NCBI GenBank assembly: GCA_035221665.1
Contig: CM069145.1
Location: 52,700,001-52,764,000, forward strand
Direction: 5' to 3'
Source of the DNA: Okamejei kenojei
Taxonomy: Eukaryota
Length of the DNA: 64,000 nt
The notes under the pieces were generated by a model, which did not search any database, had not been told where the DNA came from, and worked only from the letters and a program-made list of their open reading frames with translations. The position numbers were made by a program, and so were the translations under genes. Positions 54,700 through 64,000 of the stretch are shown here, piece by piece. The number at the start of each line of letters is the position of its first letter. Positions within the stretch are counted from its first letter, which is position 1.

Positions 54700-56020
54700 T
54701 AAATGTAACTGTTGCCTGCATGTTATAGCTCAACTACCTTGGTTAGAACAACATTGGTCTTGGATTATGTTGCTGGAGGTAGAGCGTTTTTTGTTACAGT
54801 AAAACTCCAATAATCTGTAATCGGACCACACAGAAATTCCATATTGCAAACCTGCCAGTCCATGCATTACGAGCCATACCGAAGCCCTGTGTGAATAACA
54901 GAAGGAGCGTACCATTGCGTAAACCACCAATCTGTCTCTGCTGCCATGTGCTACTGGGCCTGTCTGAGAAAGGATCTGCAGTTCTCCAGTCAGCATTGAG
55001 TCACCCCAGAATCTACAGGGAGGGAGTGAAAGCAAATCATCTTCTGACCCAGGGACTGCCTAAGAAGGTGGTTTACACTGGATGCATTTCAGCAGTATTC
55101 TTGCAGATTATTTGACTGTCTGCAAACGTTGAACTTTGCAAACTTAAAGTTCTGTAATTTTGGGTAAATGGAATGTGTTTGCCACGTGAGCAACCATGTT
55201 GTTTTAGTTTTTCTGTTTAATCTTAAATTATGTTTTTTTGTGTTTCTGATGTAATTGAGCCTTTAGTTATTTGATACACCTTTTCGACTGTCATTTTTAT
55301 CCAACAGAAAAACAAGCTTTTAGACAAAGTATCTTCTGTGATACAAAGGTTGCGAGCTGTTTTCAAATCACTTAATTTAACCATTATAGATGTGATTGCA
55401 CTTGGAAAAGCGTTTGTGGATCTGTTTGCAATCTATTTAATGTGCGACAATATTTCATTATCACTTGTGTAGTTGTTGGGAAAGCAGTAAGTAACCTGCT
55501 GGTTACTGCATGGAAAACTTTTAATCTGAAATTTGCTGAACAAATAGCGGGTTTAGTTCATAAACCCAGAAGTTATAGGGGCAGAATTGGGCAAAATCAG
55601 CTTATCATCTACTCTGTCATTCACTGGATAGCACGCAACAAAAGCTTTTCACGGCACACATGACAAACTAACCTCAATCTCAATCAGGGTTGATCTATTC
55701 ATTATCAGTCGAAATGCTGCATATAAAAATAAATTGGGAAAAATTGATGTAAATGTTAGTGTCATTTTCATCAACATCACTGCATTTAAAGTGCAAACTG
55801 CATGTACGTCCATGGCAGCTGAACGCAGCAGTTGAATTTGCCAAATTTGTTGGCAGGAATTATGCAAAGATGGCTTCAATCTTTCCCCATGGCAAACACA
55901 ATGCATGTGGTTTTAGATCTGTGGCCATCTGATTCAATCCCACACATTGAGTTCCATGTCACAGGTGATTGCAGCATATTTGTGCAGTGCATAGTTTTCA
56001 GTATCAAATAATTGCTGTAA

Positions 56021-58491
56021 TGGCCCTGTCTCACGCCGGGAGTTGACCCACGAGGTACCCCGAGTGAAAGACTCGTGGATGTGTACGAGACTTCAAGTTT
56101 ATGATCAAGTGTGTAACCGAGTTCCCACGGGTATGTCATTGCTGCGATGCTCCAACTTCCTCTCCCGAGTTACCAAGTTCTCTCCCGTTACTCTTGAGCC
56201 AACCGTGAATGAAGGTATGTTTTAATAAAGCAACAATGTTAAAATACATCTCCATCCTGTGGCTTTGAGTTATTTCAGCGCGGCCGCATCTATTGATATG
56301 ACCCACAAAGGGAAAATGCGCACCCTCCACCAACCAACAACGTGGTAAGTGCATTTCTTGGTGCTTTATGTTTTTAAATACTGTATTTCCCGGGGTGGGG
56401 GGAGAGCTCAGTTCATAATATTTGGGGAGTCTGGCGCTGTGAAGGAGGGGATTGGGGTCAGTAACCCACTTGCCACGCTCCGGTCTGAGTGCAGGTAGAT
56501 GGGACTAGGTGACAGTAAACGGCACGGAGTAAAAGGGCAGAGATGGCCTGTTTCCGTGCTGTCATTGCTATATGGTTTTATTGTGGCCGGGGAGTGAATT
56601 TGCTTGGGTGGCTGCCGCAGAGCTCCGTGCCCAGCAGAACTGGCCACCACTTCCGAGGATGGAAGCAGCTCGGGTGACTGACTTTCAGCGGCCGCCGGGA
56701 CCCGACAGCAGACACACACAGACAGAGAGGGAGGGAGAGAGGGACTGACTTTGTGCGGCCGCCGGGAGCCGACAGCGCGCGCGCGCACACGCACACNNNN
56801 NNNNNNNNNNNNNNNNNNNNNNNNNNNNNNNNNNNNNNNNNNNNNNNNNNNNNNNNNNNNNNNNNNNNNNNNNNNNNNNNNNNNNNNNNNNNNNNNNNNN
56901 NNNNNNNNNNNNNNNNNNNNNNNNNNNNNNNNNNNNNNNNNNNNNNNNNNNNNNNNNNNNNNNNNNNNNNNNNNNNNNNNNNNNNNNNNNNNNNNNNNNN
57001 NNNNNNNNNNNNNNNNNNNNNNNNNNNNNNNNNNNNNNNNNNNNNNNNNNNNNNNNNNNNNNNNNNNNNNNNNNNNNNNNNNNNNNNNCAACACACACGT
57101 TAAATTACATGGCCCCAAGAAATCGCCTCTCACTTGCTTCGGGGTAGGAATTGAAATATATATATAATATGTATATACATATTGTACTACAAAAACATAT
57201 TTATTATATATACTGCAATTGTGAGAGTGGTGAATCTGTAGAATTATCTGCCACAGAAGGTAGTTGAAGCCAGTTCATTGGCTATGTTTAAGAGGGAGTT
57301 AGATGTGACCGTTGTGGCTAAAGGGATCAGGGGGGTATGGAGAGAAGGCAGGTACAGGATAACTGAGTTGGATGATCAGCGATGATCATATTGAATGGCG
57401 GTGCAGGCTCGAAGGCTGAATGGCCTACCCCTGTGTGTGTGTGTATGTGTGTGTGTGGTGTGCGCGCCACTGAATACTTTCAATTGCAATGCATACGCGT
57501 TTGATATTTAGACAACTTAATTTTATTTCCAGTTTTGCATTTTTAGTTTGTTCCACACATTTAATTAGTTTTAATCCCTCCAGAAAAAACCTGGAAGTGG
57601 AGATGGTTCTCATACAAAGCCCAAGAGATGGCTTCTTGATTTTAACGAATGTTTGGGAAAAATAGACACAAAAAGCTGGAGTAACTCACGGGACAGGCAG
57701 CATCTCTGGAGAGAAGGGATGGGTGACGTTTCGGGTTGAGACCCTTCTTCGGACTGGTGTTTGGGAAACGTGGATTAGGTTTGTTTTCGGGGGGCGAGGG
57801 GGGGAATACATTCGCCTTTTTCTCTGAATTCAGGAATGAATGCATGTTGACACACAACACAGAGAAGGGGGGATCGCTGCGTTTAGGTCTGAGGAGAAGG
57901 GAGCCAAGAAGTTCTCGATTTTCCCTGGGGATAGTTTCACTTTTTTTTGCATTTTTCCTTCTCTCCTGCCGCCTGTCCCGCTGAGTTACTCCTGCTTTTT
58001 GTGTCAAAGTCGTCTTGTTCAATCTCATTTCATTGCAACTTTCAGCTCTGGATACCCCGCGTTGATCTGCGCGTATTTCAGCATTTATATTTCTCAAGCC
58101 TCTTTACCTCCCGGAGCCACATGTAACTTAGCCACATGTAATTCCTCCAGCATTTTGTGACTCTCTTTGGTTCAGTCCCTTTAAGATTATGAAAAGGTTC
58201 CCACGATAGACTCACGAGACACTAAGGTAAACGCACGGGCCATTGCGTTATTGCAACGAGTTTAAATGTTTCCATTTTTAACTTGAGCAGTTAATTTGAC
58301 TCGTGGAAAAAATCAAACATGTTTGATTTTTTTCACGAGTTAACAAGTTTTCGAGTACCTGCCGTTAGTGCCACGAGTGGACAAGTTGAACGCGCGAGTT
58401 CCGACGTTCCCGCTACGTTCATCGTACGTGATCACCACGGGTGAAAACTCGGGGTCACTCCTGGGCCAACTCGCACTGTGAGACAGGGGTT
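56021..58491. mobile_element. Probable Harbinger-type non-autonomous element with nested repeats, spanning the assembly gap
   Basis: TAA-TGGCCCTGTCTCAC...GAGTTGACCCA at left and TGGGCCAACTC...GTGAGACAGGGGTT-TAA at right. The two ends may belong to separate copies. Confidence 0.5.
56797..57088. other. Assembly gap (292 N) flanked by (GC)n/(CA)n microsatellite
   Basis: Run of N in the sequence. Confidence 0.99.
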
Positions 58492-59724
58492 TAAGACTTT
58501 GCCACAATGTGACAAGTGTACAGAGCACTGATAATGTGGGTACGTAAATGCAGACATCAATGTGATAAACAATTGGTTAGAGTCTGAGAATGATCTGGAT
58601 CTGAAATGACATTGGTCAGTCCACGTCCCTCCACAGAGTCTGTCTGACCTGCTGAATTTCTCCAGCAGTTTGTTTTGTGCTCTGGATTCCAACATCTGCA
58701 GTCTCTTGTGTCCCTGATAACCAATGATTATGGGTGAGATGTAATTGCTCTTCTTCCTGACACTACAGCTAAAACAAGAGACCAGCACATCAATGTCTTT
58801 GTGTGTGAAAATGTCACTAAAATAACTTGTACTGCACTAAACTGCATTGTGCCCAGAAATGTTCGGTGTTCCAGTGGGCTAGGAGTTCTGTTGGTGAGGT
58901 CATTGTCTCAAAATGTACAATGGCTAGTATGCATGACCTGTACATTAAAAAAAATGCCACATTTTCTCACTTGTACAGAGAGAAAAACATTTTGCATGTT
59001 ATCCTGTCAAATTGTGCCGTACACGAATACAGTCATGCCATACACAAATGTAACAGGTAGTCCAGGGAGAAAAATAGCCAGAGTGCAGAATACACTGCTG
59101 CAGTGTTACAGCTCCACTTTTCTTTTATCTGCACTGAAAAGAAAAGTGCGAGGGCCGCAAAGAGGAAGTTTGGAGACTGGGACTACAACCCTCATTTTAT
59201 GAAAGGTCTATTCAGCAATCTGATAACAGCTGGGAAGAAACTATCTTCTGATGGGAGAAGAGGAAATGACAAGGATGCAAGTTGTCCTTGATTATGCTGG
59301 TCTTGTTCTGTGACAAGATCACAATGATAAATAGGAATCCATAATATCAACATGCCCTTCGTGAAATGACCGCTATGCTTTAGTGAACCAAATAGGGGTG
59401 AACACCAATTAATTCTGTAATGAATTAAAAACCAGCTGCGTTCTTGATAATTGTGTAAGCAAGAATTTAAAGCTTCAAAGAACTGTTAAATTCAGCATTG
59501 GCAACTGATCAGAACGTGAACACAATCTTGAGGCAGTAAACTGGATTTAGCAGTTGTAATGACAGTGCAAGCTTTTGCCTTCCATTATTTTGCGCAACTG
59601 AGCAAATTTGGGTTTAATGTGAAAATCCAAAGATTGCCATCAGTAGTTTGGCATTCTTCTGTCGGCTGTGCTATGCATGGATCCCGAGAAATTTATCTGT
59701 GTGTCTTGAGATATTGGCAATAAA

Positions 59725-60650
59725 ATGTAGAAACAAGAAACATCAGATGCTCTTTTACAAAATAAGACAGGGTGCTGGAATAACTCGGCGGGTCAGGCAA
59801 TATCTCTGAAGAACATGGATAGGTGACATTCCGGGTAGAGGGCCCTTCTTCATTCTGATGGGGTGGGGAGGAAAGGGGGTGAGGCAAGAGAAAGAAAGCT
59901 GGAAGTAGAGGGACAGGGCAAAGCAAGGCATGTGATTAGTGGATACAGGTGAGGGAGGGTTTTGATAGGCAGATGGTTGGATAAAAGACAGAAGGTGTGA
60001 GCCAAAAGCATTAAAGAGTTGCAAATTGTGAAGCTGGAGGAAGAAATGGAGGTGGAGGGAAGAAATGGCTGCGAGTCCAAGTGAGACACAGGGAGAGAGG
60101 AAGGGGTGGTGGAGGGAGAGGGTTTTTTTTTAGTTATGTACAATTAGCATTTTAATTCCTCTGCCCATTCCCATGCTGACCTTTCTGTCCTGGGCCACTG
60201 TTAGTGAGGCCACACACACACTGAATGAACAGCACATCATATTCCTCATATGTAGGAGGTGCTTACAACCCAATCATATGAAAATTAAATTCTCTAATTT
60301 TAGATAATTAAACAATTCTTCCCCCTCCACCCACATTCATTCCTCAAGCTTCACAATTCACATCATCAATCCTTTTGTCTCACACCTGTCTTCTTCTCTG
60401 GTCTTTGTCCAACAATCTGCCTATTTATCAGCATCAGCAATCTGCCTATTAAATGCCCATCCCCATTTCCCTGTATCCACCAATTACCTTCTAGTCTTTG
60501 TCCAGATCCTCCTCTCTTTTCTATCTCATTTTTCCCCCTCCTCACCCCCACAATCAGTCTGAAGAAGCACCCCATTCCAAAACATCACCTATCCATGTTC
60601 TTCACAAATGCTGCCTGAACCGCTGAGTTACTCCAGCACTTTGTATCTTT
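59725..60650. mobile_element. Old Penelope-like insertion: antisense pLTR part (59725-60125) joined to a sense GIY-YIG tail plus pLTR (60145-60650)
   Basis: CATTTTAATTCC...CATGCTGACCTTTCTGTCCTGGGC (HFNS...HADLSVLG), GAACAGCACATCATATTC (EQHIIF), and terminal repeat in both orientations. Confidence 0.7.
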
Positions 60651-61670
60651 GGTACAACAGTAAAACACATTGAAACATTTAGCATTTGCTATAGTTCTCA
60701 ATGTTGCAATAATTATAATTAGCGTTTAACAAATACTTTTGACCCTTGAACCTAATTTTATTTATGTTCTAATTCCCCGAAGTATCAAGATTCTTTTTTT
60801 TTAATGAATCTTAGTTTAAACAGGTTTGATAGCTTAAATGTATATTTTTCGGTCTTTCTAATATTTAATAACATAATCTTCATAATTTTTGCTCTCTGCT
60901 ATGCTATCTTTTAGAATTTAATGTGGTCAGATGCTATGAGAGGCATCTGCTAGAACTAATGGATTCAAGCAGAAATTTGCACTGAGTTTGGTATAATCTA
61001 TTGGGGAGTTTTGGGGGTCAACATAAAGCTGCATTGTTACTCTGAGTTGAAGTGTTAGTAACTATTCACAGATTAATGAAAACTGTAAATGGTACAAAGA
61101 AACTTCTGTGGCATCTTCCATCCTTGTCTATATTGCTTTTACAAAGCAGTGTTTGTGGTTTCTTTAGTCTATAGCTTTTCTGTATATTTGTGATAAACCT
61201 TTTAGTTTTATCATTCTCAGATTACAAGTTCCATGAGTGGAATTAATGGCACTTGATCAATTAAGATGCTTGGCCGAGTAAAACTATAGTACAACAAATG
61301 TTGCTTTATTAATAGAATGTAGTTCAGCTTGTTGGGTGAATCAGTGCGAGCTGATCAACATGTGTGAAAAATCCTCTGGTCTCTAAACATACTTTCTATA
61401 TCTGTAACAACCTTATCATCACCACTTACCAGTTCTGTTTCTTGTTCATTTGTCCTTCTACTCCATTAATTATGTGTGTTCTTTTATTATACCTTCATGT
61501 GATTATTTTGGTGCCCTTTAGTCTTCCTTATTAAATTGTTAATGCCACCCTTTTGTTGACAAATTTGGCCCCTCGCTGATTTTATGATCTCAAAACTTTG
61601 GATTTGCGCATGGTCCTTCGCAGACTGTCTGCATTAAATATGTTTTCATGAACGAATAAAGACAGAACTT

Positions 61671-61943
61671 AAGGGCAGCACGGTGGCGCAATGGTAGAAT
61701 TGCTGCATTGCAGCGCTTGAGACCCGGGGTTCGACCCTGACTACGGGTGCTGTCTGTACGGAGTTTGTACGCTCTCCCCGTGACCTGCGTGGGTTTTCTC
61801 TGGGAGCTCCGATTTCCTCCCACATTTCAAAGACATAAAGGTTAATTGACTTGTGTGTGTAGAATAGTCTTAGTGTGTGGGGATCGCCGGTCGCCGTGGA
61901 CTTGATGGGCTGTATATCTGCGCTGTATATCTAAACTAAACTA
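61671..61943 (+). mobile_element. V-SINE (HE1-like), full length
   Basis: A-box GGTGGCGCAATGG, B-box GGTTCGACCC, V-domain core, (TAAAC)n tail. Confidence 0.85.
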
Positions 61944-64000
61944 GTGAAAAACTGAGAGGTTCAGAATGTTAGGGAGAGCAGTGGATTAAGAACAGATTTG
62001 AATGTGAGATTATAGACTAGATGAAGTGGCAATATCTTTGTTACAATTAGTAACTTGTTTTTATTTTAAAATGTAAATTACTAATTGCTGATTTGCAGAG
62101 ATTATGAATTGAGAAGATGCCTGATCTATCATTGATAGATTTGTTTTTAATCTACACAATAAATGGAGCCATTTATCTGTAGTCGATAGTCAACAAATGT
62201 CATTAATTTAATGGGATGTGATGATAAAGAATTGACATTATTTTCGGCATGTATGGTTGTGAAGAGCCTCAGAAGTGATTCATTCTTGAAAAACAACTTT
62301 TGTATAAGACCTGGGACGTGCAAACAGGGGTAGTAATTGTCGAGAATGGTAAAATTATCGAGATAGTGTTTTTTTGCGCTTTGCGTAGGAAATATAACTC
62401 GTGATTATGACTCGTGATTATAACTCACTTATGATTTAGCTAATTGTGAGTTCCAATCAGTTCCAGAGATTGGAGTGTACAATTGTTGCGTACAACTCGG
62501 TACAATACTGAGGGTGTGCCTTGGTTAGAATTGGTGTCATTTTGGCGTGGTATTGAACTTGTGCTTTGTCCACTTTTGCAGTTGATGTGATTTATGTCAT
62601 GGTCCAATTTAATGAGCAAAGGGATTCTCTAGTTCCTGACTAATAGTCACTTTTCAATCAACATTTGTCATTTGTTGTGAGTTTGGCAGCACATTGTTTT
62701 CCATGTTACAGTTGTAGCAGGTTCAAAAGTGCTTAAATGACTAGAATAATGGTATGCAAAATGGCCAGATTGACAATCCAAATCTCATCTGCGGGTTTAT
62801 TGTCCACTGTGTTGTGTTTAACTGTACGCCTATATCTTTAGTTGCATGAAAACCCACACAAATGCAAGTTTATTTGCAGCCTTGTTTCTATTCTGATTAG
62901 TGCCAATTAGCCAGAAGCCAATAATAGTATCCTTATTTAAATAGTGGTTTGTTTTGTGTTTGACGGTATAATTAGTTTGAGCTTGCTTCTAGTCCTTATC
63001 AGGCTTGAAGTCTGAAAGCCACTTTGGATCTATAGTGACATGGCAATCATTCTTGATTTTAAAATGTTCATTACATCAAGTAAATTAAACTTTCATCATT
63101 CAAATATATTTCTTTCATTGGTGGTTATTCATTTTGTTTAGCATTTTGTCCATTCTCCTATGAGCCTCGAGCAAATCAATTTCCCAGTCAAACTACTGTA
63201 AAATCAAAAATGTGGATCTTTTTTCCCTGATCGTTCACTGCCTCCTTTTCTTAACACCCCGCCTCTACGCTTTAGTTTCTGAAGATAATCCGGCATGTGT
63301 TCACATGGATCACTAAAAGAGTGTCTACGAACTATACATCACGGTTCTTCTGGAATAAATCACTGGAATAACTTCTGGAATAAATGAACCAGCTAACGGA
63401 GGCGAAAGATGTTGAACGCAGAACATGCAACTAAACCCTAGATCCAGGTGGTATGTTATGCCATTTACTTTGGATAATTGTGGCGTTTCTGCTTGTGGAG
63501 ATCGAACACTTTTTTTATATGAAAGAACTGCAGATGCTGGTTTAAATCGAAGGTAGATACAAAATGCTGGAGTAACTCAGCGGGACAGGCAGCATCTCTG
63601 GAGAGAAGGAACGGGTGATGTTTTGGGTCGAGACCCTTTTTCAGACTAATGAGTGGAGAGCTTGTGTTTGTCACAATTCTCCTCCCTACCTCATGGAAAC
63701 TTTCAACAGCAATATTGGCATTAAATCCCAGAATATTTCAACAAGCTGGGATCTTCAGAATCTCCCCAGAGACCAAATATAAATGGCAATCTTTGGTAAA
63801 ATGAGAAAGGATGCTACAAGAAGTATTCTGCCTCAATTCATTCTTTAACTTGCAATTGTTATTGATCTGCCCGTCTCAATGGTCTTCAACCACTTTTACA
63901 AATAAAGGTTTCTCCACCGTGAGAAATTTGCTCGAGATCTCTTAACTTCCAATTGTGCCATTTTGGAAAGAGCTACGATAAGCTGTCTACCAACGAGTGT

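Noticed and set aside
56408-57167. ORFs of 116-241 aa around 56.4-57.2 kb
   Set aside because: Artefacts of translation through the N gap.
61671-61745. tRNA gene
   Set aside because: The A/B-box head runs into a V-SINE core and (TAAAC)n tail, with no proper cloverleaf.

Overview
This is vertebrate genomic DNA, most likely a cartilaginous fish (skate or ray), inferred from V-SINE/HE1-type SINEs, Deu-domain SINEs and abundant CR1 and Penelope repeats. The only recognisable host gene is PTEN: CpG-island promoter and long 5'UTR (~21.8-23.7 kb), coding exon 1 (23744-23822, [26 protein letters not shown]) and a U12-type intron 1 that runs past the window end. Exon 2 was not found. A second CpG-rich patch at the left edge may be the first exon of a divergent gene (ATAD1, by synteny only). 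The rest is transposon-derived: a near full-length Tx1-clade LINE with a U2 snRNA-derived 5' head sitting outside any U2 gene, many Penelope remnants with minimal hammerhead-ribozyme motifs, CR1/L2/Rex fragments, SINEs, nested MITEs and a Passport-like Tc1 element. The best leads are (1) the U2-headed Keno-like retrotransposon, (2) an apparently human-to-skate conserved PTEN uORF cassette (CCA-TGA overlapping ATG-ATG-GAA-GTT-TGA), (3) a conserved E-box element matching the human KLLN/PTEN upstream region, and (4) dispersed hammerhead motifs. Human comparisons are from memory and need alignment. Repeat boundaries are approximate unless TSDs are cited.
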